Below are positions 48,228 to 55,299 of a DNA stretch of 64,000 bases, piece after piece (position 1 is the stretch's first letter; each line of letters begins with the position of its first letter). This DNA comes from a virus, in the IMG/VR virus record IMGVR_UViG_3300009149_000012, positions 84,882 through 148,881 of that record; one strand, given 5' to 3'. The position numbers and the translations under genes were made by a program. The notes under the pieces were generated by a model, which was not told where the DNA came from, did not search any database, and was given only the letters and a program-made list of their open reading frames with translations.

Positions 48228-48464
48228 TCGGTCTGACGGGACTCGAACCCGCATAACCACTCCGTACCTGTTAGGAAAACGCGCTTCCCTACAGAACCCT
48301 CTCGAACCCTGTCCGGTGCATCCGCAAACCCGGCACACGCTTGCTGGTTCTCCCTACCCGAGCATCACCCTGAAGGGTTTCCCCAGTTCACGTCGGAGCG
48401 TCAACCTTCCGATTGACCACGTTAACCGTTTTTCGTGGTGCGTACCCATTTTCGCCACAGACCG
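48228..48464 (-). ncRNA. tRNA-shell RNA with about 170-nt insertion in anticodon arm (O)
   Basis: CGGTCTG/CAGACCG, D-arm, CCAC/GTGG, T-arm, A73. Confidence 0.75.
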
Positions 48465-48473
48465 AGAAATTGA

Positions 48474-48580
48474 AGCTTCGAAGACCCAGGCCCGACGGGC
48501 GTTCATGAGAAGGTGCTTCGGCCGAAGTCCTAACTCCCGATGGGAGAGCCTTGCTACTCTCTTTCCTGAATCTTCGAAGC
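48474..48580 (-). ncRNA. Candidate spacer ncRNA (P)
   Basis: 16-bp terminal helix GCTTCGAAGATTCAGG/CCTGGGTCTTCGAAGC. Confidence 0.55.
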
Positions 48581-48582
48581 AG

Positions 48583-48667
48583 TGCCATCGGTGGGAGTTG
48601 AACCCACACGCCCACTATGGAGCACCAGATTCTGAGTCTGGCGTGTCTGCCGTTTCACCACGATGGC
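48583..48667 (-). tRNA. tRNA-Leu(CAG)
   Basis: V-arm. Confidence 0.9.
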
Positions 48668-48673
48668 AATCAG

Positions 48674-48748
48674 TCGGGACGGCCGGATTCGAACCGGCGA
48701 TCTCCTGTCCCCCAGACAGGCGCTTTTGCCAGGCTAAGCTACACCCCG
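48674..48748 (-). tRNA. tRNA-Pro(GGG)
   Basis: Cloverleaf. Confidence 0.9.
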
Positions 48749-48753
48749 TAGTC

Positions 48754-48825
48754 CCAACGAGCCAGCCGACATTTCCGCACGAGACGGGATGACAGAACCG
48801 GCCAGGTCCTGAACTGACTCGTTGG
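48754..48825 (-). ncRNA. Candidate spacer ncRNA (Q)
   Basis: 12-bp terminal helix CCAACGAGTCAG/CTGGCTCGTTGG. Confidence 0.45.
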
Positions 48826-48902
48826 TGGTGGGCGCACCGAGAATTGAACTCGAATTTCTCGGATATCAGCCGAGCGTGGAGAAACCACCCTACTATACGC
48901 CC
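48826..48902 (-). tRNA. tRNA-Ile(GAT)
   Basis: CCA. Confidence 0.85.
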
Positions 48903-48914
48903 ATTCAGTCTCAG

Positions 48915-48986
48915 TGGTCAGAGCGGGAATTGAACCCGCATTGCTGGATTTTCAATCCAGAGCACTTCCAATTGTACTATCTGACC
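48915..48986 (-). tRNA. tRNA-Phe(GAA), second copy
   Basis: Overlaps HNH stop. Confidence 0.85.
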
Positions 48987-49447
48987 TGGTCTGACTTGTA
49001 ACCCCAAGTAGCCAATTGTGTATGGCAATTAGGGCAAACAAATCTCAAGTTCTCACGACGACAGTCCAAAGAATCGCCATTCACGTGGTCGATTTGAAGC
49101 GTCAAAGAAGCTCCCTCCCACATTGGGGGCAACCCGCATCGTGAGCAGATATGGGGCACCCCTGATTCGAGAAGGGCTCTACGCAGCCTGTGTGTGTCCT
49201 CCCGTCGAGCCTTCCGCTTCACCAAGATCAACTCTGGTGGCTTCTTATGCGACGGCGGTCGCCCAACACCAGTTCGATGCCCAACAAAATGGGAGGTATC
49301 AATCCCAAAAACACGAAGTTTTGACCGAATCAAAGATGATGAGGCACCCGAATAGGTCTTGAACCCCATCCGACGCATCATTTCTGACACCGAAGTCGAA
49401 ACGGCAGCCACCTCTTCAAGCAGTTCCTTTGTGTACTTCCGCTTCAT
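48977..49447 (-). CDS. HNH homing endonuclease
   Basis: CSRCG, IDHVNG, ENLRFVCPNCH. Confidence 0.9.
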   Translation of the reverse strand: MKRKYTKELLEEVAAVSTSVSEMMRRMGFKTYSGASSSLIRSKLRVFGIDTSHFVGHRTGVGRPPSHKKPPELILVKRKARREDTHRLRRALLESGVPHICSRCGLPPMWEGASLTLQIDHVNGDSLDCRRENLRFVCPNCHTQLATWGYKSDQVR

Positions 49448-49486
49448 GGGACAAGGTACCTAGCATTGACGCAGTACCTTGTCCAG

Positions 49487-49561
49487 CGGTCCTGACGAGA
49501 TTTGAACTCGCGATCTTCACCGTGACAGGGTGACGGGGACTCCAGGCTCCCCTACAGGACC
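49487..49561 (-). tRNA. tRNA-Asp(GTC), second copy
   Basis: Cloverleaf. Confidence 0.9.
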
Positions 49562-49567
49562 AAATTT

Positions 49568-49637
49568 GCTGGGAAGAGGCTGGAAGTGAACCAGCCCACC
49601 GCACGCTGATCATACGTGTGTGCTCAACCGAGCTTCC
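49568..49637 (-). pseudogene. Degenerate tRNA-like element (GAT loop)
   Basis: D-arm, anticodon arm, T-loop TTCACTT; poor acceptor. Confidence 0.4.
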
Positions 49638-49667
49638 TGGCAGAGGTGAAAGGAATCGAACCTTCCC
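49638..49667 (-). pseudogene. 3' remnant of disrupted tRNA-Trp
   Basis: T-arm + CACCTCT-G-CCA pairs with AGGGGTG at 50239. Confidence 0.75.
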
Positions 49668-49671
49668 TTAG

Positions 49672-49742
49672 CGAGCCAGGCAGGAATCGAACCTGCTACC
49701 AGCGGTTTTGGAGACCGCCGAGCTGCCTCAGCATTCTGACCC
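49672..49742 (-). tRNA. tRNA-Trp(CCA)
   Basis: Loop CT-CCA-AA, G73; overlaps HNH 3' end. Confidence 0.85.
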
Positions 49743-50159
49743 TCGTGTCCATCCATTTTCCTTCGCTGTCTTGCGACGATGGCAGTTGGCACAACGTATC
49801 TCACACTTCTCAAGCTCTTTCTGTACGGCTTCCCATGTGCGACCGGAAGTCAGCATCTTGGCGATCCCCGAAGCCTTCCGGCCACGCACATGGTCGGCAT
49901 CGAGTACCACCGGGTCTGATTCACCGCAATCCACACACTTCTGGGTAGCCAGCCACACCCGGTACGCTTTTTTGACCTTGCGCTTGTTCGCAAGAGCACG
50001 GTCTTTGTATGGTTGCGGATGGTTGCGGTAGTGCTCCTTGCGGTACAACCGAAGACAATCAGGACAGGCCGATTGCCTCCAGCCTTTCGCTTGGTTCTTA
50101 AAGGCGTAGGTTTCTTCGGGAAGATCGTCCCCACACCGAGAGCAATGCTTCATACCCAT
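49728..50159 (-). CDS. HNH endonuclease with N-terminal Zn finger
   Basis: CSRC..CPDC, CVDCG, DH, CANCHR. Confidence 0.85.
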   Translation of the reverse strand: MGMKHCSRCGDDLPEETYAFKNQAKGWRQSACPDCLRLYRKEHYRNHPQPYKDRALANKRKVKKAYRVWLATQKCVDCGESDPVVLDADHVRGRKASGIAKMLTSGRTWEAVQKELEKCEIRCANCHRRKTAKENGWTRGSEC

Positions 50160-50196
50160 GAGCGAAGTGTAGCACATGGTACTCCAAAGGCAAGAC

Positions 50197-50239
50197 TCGG
50201 TTTTGGAGACCAATTCGCCGCCTTGGAACATGCACCCCT
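50197..50239 (-). pseudogene. 5' remnant of disrupted tRNA-Trp(CCA)
   Basis: AGGGGTG through TTGGT-CTCCAAA-ACCGA. Confidence 0.75.
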
Positions 50240-50245
50240 AAATAG

Positions 50246-50317
50246 TGACTCGCACGGGAATTGAACCCGTCTTTGCAGAATGAAAACCTGCCGTCCTTGC
50301 CGATAGACGAGCGAGCC
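50246..50317 (-). tRNA. tRNA-Glu(TTC)
   Basis: Cloverleaf. Confidence 0.9.
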
Positions 50318-50321
50318 TTGG

Positions 50322-50547
50322 TTGGTGTTGGTCTCAGCGGACCCGAGAGCGGGGGCTGGGGAATTTGGAATTTGTCAACGACCATGGCACTCCCTGCTTC
50401 CCAAGCGAGGAGATTAGAGCACGTACGACCCGAGTAATAGGTACCTTTCGGCATTGCTGTTTTAACCAGACATCGCATCGTAAGGTTGGGAGCCCTACTC
50501 ACAAAGTCGTGCCCAAGTACCATGGTAGAGGCCCACGACCAACACCA
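50322..50547 (-). ncRNA. Candidate spacer ncRNA (S)
   Basis: 11-bp terminal helix TGGTGTTGGTC/GACCAACACCA; inner ACCATGGTACT/AGTGCCATGGT. Confidence 0.6.
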
Positions 50548-50548
50548 G

Positions 50549-50631
50549 CGGAAACAGGAGGAGTCGAACCCCACACCTTGCGGTGCACTTCGGTTAGCAG
50601 CCGAGCCTTGGGCCATCCAAGTGCAGTTTCC
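50549..50631 (-). tRNA. tRNA-Ser(GCT), 8/4-type
   Basis: V-arm, G73. Confidence 0.85.
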
Positions 50632-50688
50632 AATGAGCCAGCGGGCGATCCAGATCGGGGGGCTTGAGAGGACCCACCCACGGCTCGG

Positions 50689-50762
50689 CGTTCCCAAGGG
50701 GAATCGAACCCCTGTTTTCAGATTGAGAATCTGACGTCCTTGCCGGACTAGACGATGGGAAC
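50689..50762 (-). tRNA. tRNA-Glu(CTC)
   Basis: Cloverleaf. Confidence 0.9.
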
Positions 50763-50814
50763 AATCGGTGATGGGCAAGCCGTTGAGCAAGCCCGCCACC
50801 TTCACAATTGCGGG

Positions 50815-50887
50815 AGCTACCGACAGGATTCGAACCTGCTGACTCCGGTTTACAAAACCGGTGCACGACCTATCGTGCTTCGGTAGC
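50815..50887 (-). tRNA. tRNA-Thr(TGT)
   Basis: Cloverleaf. Confidence 0.9.
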
Positions 50888-50889
50888 AC

Positions 50890-51243
50890 AGGGCCCACAA
50901 GTTGGGCCCCTTCGAACTTCTTACCCTTGACTTAGTGTCAGGAAAACAATAGGTTGCCACTCAGACGGACCTTGGAAGTGCAAATTCTAGGAGACGCCCA
51001 AGTGGCGTCCGGTTTGCGACACGTCCGAGAACTTCGGTGACTCCGAAGAGTTTTCGCCCCTGTCAGGTCATGACGGGAACACCGATACCCAAACACGCGA
51101 CCCCCGGCAGGAGCGTTCTCGTAGGGCACATTCCACGCACTTTCACATGCGGGTCGACACCCGGTACTTGCCCCCAAACTTAGGGCCGGCAAAGAGTGAC
51201 GAGACGTAATGTTGTTGGATTGTAGTCTCGTCGGCATCCGGCC
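50890..51243 (-). ncRNA. About 350-nt candidate ncRNA (V)
   Basis: Many hairpins, no credible ORF; shares 10-11-mers with N. Confidence 0.5.
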
Positions 51244-51246
51244 TAG

Positions 51247-51319
51247 AGCCGCCAGGGGGAATCGAACCCACCTTACACTCGCTTACGAAACGAGGACTCG
51301 ACCATCGAGAATTAGCGGC
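51247..51319 (-). tRNA. tRNA-Thr(CGT)
   Basis: Loop TT-CGT-AA. Confidence 0.8.
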
Positions 51320-51409
51320 AATGCCTATTCGGTTGTCAAGGGTCAGGGGGGCGACGCCCCCATCGTCTCATGGTATACACCGAATGTTCAGTGTTCGGCC
51401 AGACTTTCT

Positions 51410-51784
51410 TCAGACCCAACGAGAATCGTTGTTGGCAGGCTTCGTGCAAGCGAGGTGGCGGCAGACGTCGATGCCCTTGAAGGTCACGAAGTCATCGTTG
51501 GGAAGCCCTTCACGCTTGACCATGCGGCGGGTAGCGCTGCGCATGTACTCTTGCGCGAGCTTGTTGACGTCATTGTCGAAGTATTCTGTCATGACTTCGT
51601 CATCGGCCAAGTTGGCGTAGACGTGGACGACGTGCTTGTAGCCGGTGAGCATGTTGCCCTTGCGGCCCCCATACACGGGGATCTGAAAGTGGTACCTCAG
51701 CCCGATGACTTCTTCGCACTCGGCGATGGTCAACTGGGGGGAGGTGGGCTCTTTGGGGGCGGGGAAGTTGATTTCGGTCTGCAT
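51410..51784 (-). CDS. Hypothetical protein
   Basis: ATG 7 nt after CTTAG. Confidence 0.7.
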   Translation of the reverse strand: MQTEINFPAPKEPTSPQLTIAECEEVIGLRYHFQIPVYGGRKGNMLTGYKHVVHVYANLADDEVMTEYFDNDVNKLAQEYMRSATRRMVKREGLPNDDFVTFKGIDVCRHLACTKPANNDSRWV

Positions 51785-51791
51785 GGACCCT

Positions 51792-51818
51792 CTAAGGAAC
51801 GAGGGGCGAAGCGATCAA
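51792..51818 (-). promoter_or_regulatory. TTGATY-N16-CTTAG promoter motif
   Basis: Repeat motif. Confidence 0.7.
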
Positions 51819-52222
51819 CCAAGATTCGCAGGTTCTTTGGGCAAGCCCTTCGAATCACGAAGGACCCGGATGGTCGCTGCCATGTCCGCAATCGCTTCCT
51901 CGGAAGAGTCTCGGATGTGCGACCAGTCGAACAACAAGGGAGAGTCCGGGTTCTTGCCGAAGCCATCCGCCATGCTGCGGATGATCTGCTTGTCCTCATG
52001 GGTCAGAGCGTCTTGGTCCGAACCCGTGGGGGCCAGATGGCCCACCACGAGACACCAGTCACGGCTCACGAAGTCGTAACCGACGTAGACGTAGCCAAGG
52101 TCTTCCATGTCCTTGACGACCTTGTTGGCCGCATGACCATCGTCAAGGTCGCCATCACGAAGGCGGGAGACGCCTTCACCAAGGGTGCGGAGAACTTCTT
52201 TGGAGAGATTGAGCGTTGTCAT
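51815..52222 (-). CDS. Hypothetical protein
   Basis: ATG 7 nt after CTTAG. Confidence 0.7.
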   Translation of the reverse strand: MTTLNLSKEVLRTLGEGVSRLRDGDLDDGHAANKVVKDMEDLGYVYVGYDFVSRDWCLVVGHLAPTGSDQDALTHEDKQIIRSMADGFGKNPDSPLLFDWSHIRDSSEEAIADMAATIRVLRDSKGLPKEPANLG

Positions 52223-52229
52223 GCACCCC

Positions 52230-52256
52230 CTAAGAGATGGGGGCAGGACCAATCAA
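52230..52256 (-). promoter_or_regulatory. TTGATY-N16-CTTAG promoter motif
   Basis: Repeat motif. Confidence 0.7.
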
Positions 52257-52462
52257 CCGACTTGGTCACCGTAAAGCGTTTGCTGGGTCACGATCTCGAC
52301 CGTCGTGTGAACAGAAAACTGCTTTTTGGCAGCTTCCTCATCCGACAGCACTTCGTCATCCTTGCAGACGACCGTGACGCCAAGCCCATTGAGAAGGTGA
52401 TACAGATGCCAAGCCAGCTTCGACTTGCCTTCACCAGTGGTGCCTTCGATGATGACTCTCAT
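52253..52462 (-). CDS. Small P-loop-containing protein
   Basis: IIEGTTGEGKS. Confidence 0.6.
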   Translation of the reverse strand: MRVIIEGTTGEGKSKLAWHLYHLLNGLGVTVVCKDDEVLSDEEAAKKQFSVHTTVEIVTQQTLYGDQVG

Positions 52463-52556
52463 GCCACCATCTACACCAGTGGAGCTTGGATGCCTCGAAC
52501 ATCCCGCCAAGGGCTCTCTTGTCCCCCACGCTGTCGCCACCCGACAAACCCCATAG

Positions 52557-52629
52557 AGGCGGTGGTGAGAATTGAACTCACGTAGGGCAAATTAACAATT
52601 TGCTGCCTGGACCACTAGGCTACACCGCC
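52557..52629 (-). tRNA. tRNA-Asn(GTT)
   Basis: Cloverleaf. Confidence 0.9.
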
Positions 52630-52631
52630 AA

Positions 52632-52808
52632 ACTTTGCCGGGGGGCGAACCCCCCGGCGCACAAACTCGGGAGAGGACTAACCCCTTGCTGCCACCTGAC
52701 CCGCTGCCGGCTCCATGCCGGTCGTTGTGAGGTGCCCGGCCCTTATGAGGCCGATGAGGCGTTTCCAAATCCCGTCAAGTTGTCATGGATCAGCGGGGCT
52801 CGTGCCCC
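52632..52808 (-). ncRNA. Candidate spacer ncRNA (X)
   Basis: CCCGCTG/CAGCGGG and TCCATG/CATGGA helices. Confidence 0.45.
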
Positions 52809-52811
52809 TAG

Positions 52812-52882
52812 ATGGAGTGGAGAGAATCGAACTCTCATTGACTGATTCAGAGTCAGGTGTCCTACCGTTGGACGACACTCCA
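52812..52882 (-). tRNA. tRNA-Gln(CTG)
   Basis: Cloverleaf. Confidence 0.9.
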
Positions 52883-52960
52883 ATTGCTCGGCCCTCACGG
52901 GGCCTTTTCAAATTCCAAGTTTCATAAGCCTGCGTTTCATAATTTCCAAGTGATTCTCAG

Positions 52961-53031
52961 TGGGTCGTCGGGGAATCGAACCCCGCCCTGCCGGGTAAGA
53001 GCCGGATGCTCCGCCTTGGAGCTAACAACCC
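52961..53031 (-). tRNA. tRNA-Lys(CTT)
   Basis: Cloverleaf. Confidence 0.9.
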
Positions 53032-53034
53032 ATT

Positions 53035-53110
53035 TGGTAGGACCGAAGGGACTCGAACCCTCACCGAACAGATTAAAAGTCTGTCACGCTTCCAATTACG
53101 CCACGGTCCC
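53035..53110 (-). tRNA. tRNA-Lys(TTT)
   Basis: CCA. Confidence 0.9.
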
Positions 53111-53153
53111 AGGGGGACCTATTTCAACCTCGCCTTCATTCTGTTGTCCTCAG

Positions 53154-53238
53154 TGGGCCGTGAAGGAATCGAACCTCATAGTCATTAAGACGGGAGGGTT
53201 ACAACCTCCGGGCGGTCCCAGCCACCTATTCACGACCC
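53154..53238 (-). tRNA. tRNA-Tyr(GTA)
   Basis: V-arm; first gene of array. Confidence 0.85.
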
Positions 53239-53252
53239 AAAACCTATGCCCC

Positions 53253-53291
53253 AAAAACGACAAGCCGCCGTGGTTTCCCAGGGCGGCTTCG
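53253..53291 (-). terminator. Intrinsic terminator (attenuator) upstream of tRNA array
   Basis: AAGCCGCC/GGCGGCTT hairpin followed by GTCGTTTTT. Confidence 0.75.
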
Positions 53292-53314
53292 GTTTCTAGA
53301 GTACCTTTGCCGCC

Positions 53315-53479
53315 CTACGTACCCACCTCCGGATTGGCGATCATGATGGAGGTGGGAAGCTGGGAATACGCGCGATCATGCTTTGTCAAGGCTTCAGCGC
53401 TAAAGCTTCCCTGGACACACCACGACGCACAAGCCGTTTGGCTTGAGGTGCGTTTGGTTTCTTGTGTCCTGGTACTCAT
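53315..53479 (-). CDS. Putative 54-aa leader peptide of tRNA-operon attenuator
   Basis: AGGA RBS; all 20 amino acids; stop overlaps antiterminator strand. Confidence 0.65.
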   Translation of the reverse strand: MSTRTQETKRTSSQTACASWCVQGSFSAEALTKHDRAYSQLPTSIMIANPEVGT

Positions 53480-53494
53480 GGTGTCCTGTGAATG

Positions 53495-53522
53495 ATGTTA
53501 CACCTGTCAGACGTGCGGTCAA
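53495..53522 (-). promoter_or_regulatory. Sigma70-like promoter of leader/tRNA operon
   Basis: TTGACC-N16-TAACAT, includes GGTGTA. Confidence 0.65.
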
Positions 53523-53552
53523 CCCAAAAAGAGCATTTTCTTTTCAAGTCAA

Positions 53553-54203
53553 TCAGAACACTGATTCGTTGCCCACCTGGGTTCGATGAATCTCGTCGCC
53601 AAAGGCAACGGCGCCGGGCCGGAACCCTGCCATGAGCCAGGTCGGCGTGAAGGGGGCCCAAGGCGCAATGGGGTCGACCGTCCAGGTCGGTGCCGGGTCC
53701 AAGACCCCGTCGATGAGCAAGACCGCATGACGGGTCCCTGCAATGGGACTGAGCGCGTTGTAGACGATCCGAGCCTGGTGCCTACCCGCAGCCAAAATCA
53801 ATGATGACGTCACGCCAGCCCGGACGGTACCAAGCTCATCCGTCACGCTCGCGAGGATCCGGTTGGCGACGTTGATGCCCACCTCGCTGATCGCTGTCGG
53901 AGCATCCGAATCCGTCAGGGACACAATGGTCCGAGCAACGCCGAGCGTCGTGAGGGTGAAGTCGACGTCAAGCACACCATGGAACTTGCTGACTCGCCCA
54001 ACGGTTGGTACCCCCAAAACTCCCGTGGCAGGATGAGATTTTTCCAACAGATACATGCGGCCGGAACCGACCATGTCGAAAGCGTAGCCAGGGATGGTTT
54101 GTGCCCACGTGGGGTCATGCATCCGACGTCCATCGAAAGCGTTGCCAGAAACCATGGCGTAATTGATGAGGGCCCCTTGGGGGTTCACGGTGCGATGTGC
54201 CAT
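53553..54203 (-). CDS. Beta-rich hypothetical (possibly structural) protein
   Basis: Start reassigned to MAHRTVNP to avoid head-to-head overlap. Confidence 0.6.
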   Translation of the reverse strand: MAHRTVNPQGALINYAMVSGNAFDGRRMHDPTWAQTIPGYAFDMVGSGRMYLLEKSHPATGVLGVPTVGRVSKFHGVLDVDFTLTTLGVARTIVSLTDSDAPTAISEVGINVANRILASVTDELGTVRAGVTSSLILAAGRHQARIVYNALSPIAGTRHAVLLIDGVLDPAPTWTVDPIAPWAPFTPTWLMAGFRPGAVAFGDEIHRTQVGNESVF

Positions 54204-54244
54204 ACCAAGGGCAGAGCAAAAACACTTTTGCGAAACCCAAGGGT

Positions 54245-54856
54245 ATGACTCCGCTTCCGAAACCCGTTCTGGCACAACTCCGAACGGCTTCTTTCAAGGC
54301 TTCTGCCAAGTCTCCATTCCGTTGTCGGCACCTGAGCCCCGAATGGAATTCCTTCGTCGAATACTGGGCTGGCGTGTCCTACCACTTCATCGAGCAAGCT
54401 CTGGGACCCTACCAAACGCAGCCGCTTCCCCTCATCAAGTCCTTGGAGCCGGGGATGCGAGCCGTCGGGGCTACAGCCTCGTTCAATCTCAGCACGGGTC
54501 AAATCATGCTGGATTCAATCATCGAGGGGGACCCTGGCAAGACTTTGGAAAAGATCACTCATGAACTGATTCATGGGAGCCTCGCCAACTTCCCCGACGA
54601 CCCCTTTTACGATGAGGGCTACGTCGACTACACAACCTGGGTTCTGTCCCATGCCCCCATCTGGCGAGAGCACCAGGCGGCGATGAAAGTCGCTGCGGAG
54701 TACAACATCTCGGAACGGCGCCGTCGGGCCTTCCTCGACCAAAACGACTACGATCGGAAGCGTTGGGCCGGGGGCACGTTCGCAATGCTCGCCCGGGGTC
54801 CCTACATCGTCTCGATCCTGAGAATGAAGAAACTCGAAGGGGACTTCACATGGTGA
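54245..54856 (+). CDS. Zincin-like (HExxH) protein
   Basis: ITHELIHG...DEG. Confidence 0.7.
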   Translation: MTPLPKPVLAQLRTASFKASAKSPFRCRHLSPEWNSFVEYWAGVSYHFIEQALGPYQTQPLPLIKSLEPGMRAVGATASFNLSTGQIMLDSIIEGDPGKTLEKITHELIHGSLANFPDDPFYDEGYVDYTTWVLSHAPIWREHQAAMKVAAEYNISERRRRAFLDQNDYDRKRWAGGTFAMLARGPYIVSILRMKKLEGDFTW

Positions 54857-55299
54857 CCATGGCCCACGTCATTGCTTCCCGATTCCTCGACAGGATGCCC
54901 GGTGGTGTTGGCGACAAGAAAAAGCCCTCTGACTTCGACCCCGCTGCCGTTGCAAAGGGGAAGAAAGTCGAGATGGAACACACCGACGACCCTAACCGGG
55001 CAACCGAGATCGCCGTGGACCATCTCTCTGAAGACCCCAAGTATTATGACAAGCTCGAAGTCATGGAAAAAGGGGCTTCAGACGAAAGGGTCACGATCGA
55101 AGTCACCGTCTCTGCCGGACAATCGGTCAAGACCCTGAAGGAACTGCTCTTGGCGCTCAAGCACATGGGCGACATTGGCTCGACTCGGGAGATCAACATC
55201 CCCAACGACGGCCGGGAGAAGTTCTACAGCGGTGAATGGGATGGGGACGGGTCCGATCGAATCTACGAAATCAGGATCGACGGAGAACCAATCAAGTGA
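54850..55299 (+). CDS. DUF5661-like phage protein
   Basis: G.KVEMEHT...EIAVDHL.EDP.YY.KL. Confidence 0.7.
   Translation: MVTMAHVIASRFLDRMPGGVGDKKKPSDFDPAAVAKGKKVEMEHTDDPNRATEIAVDHLSEDPKYYDKLEVMEKGASDERVTIEVTVSAGQSVKTLKELLLALKHMGDIGSTREINIPNDGREKFYSGEWDGDGSDRIYEIRIDGEPIK

Noticed and set aside
44591-51237. Short ORFs over tRNAs and spacers (e.g. 48154-48792, 50098-50898, 47300-47605)
   Set aside because: Overlap tRNA genes, lack RBS and codon bias.
50890-51243. RNase P RNA or group I intron
   Set aside because: No GAGGAAAGTCC P4 motif; GAGACTACA has no S-element partner.
41760-52808. Many 8-11-nt matches to conserved rRNA (GCTACACAC, GGCTGATAC, ATGTCGGCT, GCTCAACGG, TTGTCGGGT, TGGGGAAACCC) suggesting a fragmented rRNA
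   Set aside because: Dozens of 9-mers are expected by chance and they are not collinear; only the two strongest were kept.
31385-53238. Stop-codon reassignment or suppressor tRNAs
   Set aside because: No canonical CTA, TCA or TTA anticodon found; genes translate fully in code 11 and use all three stops.
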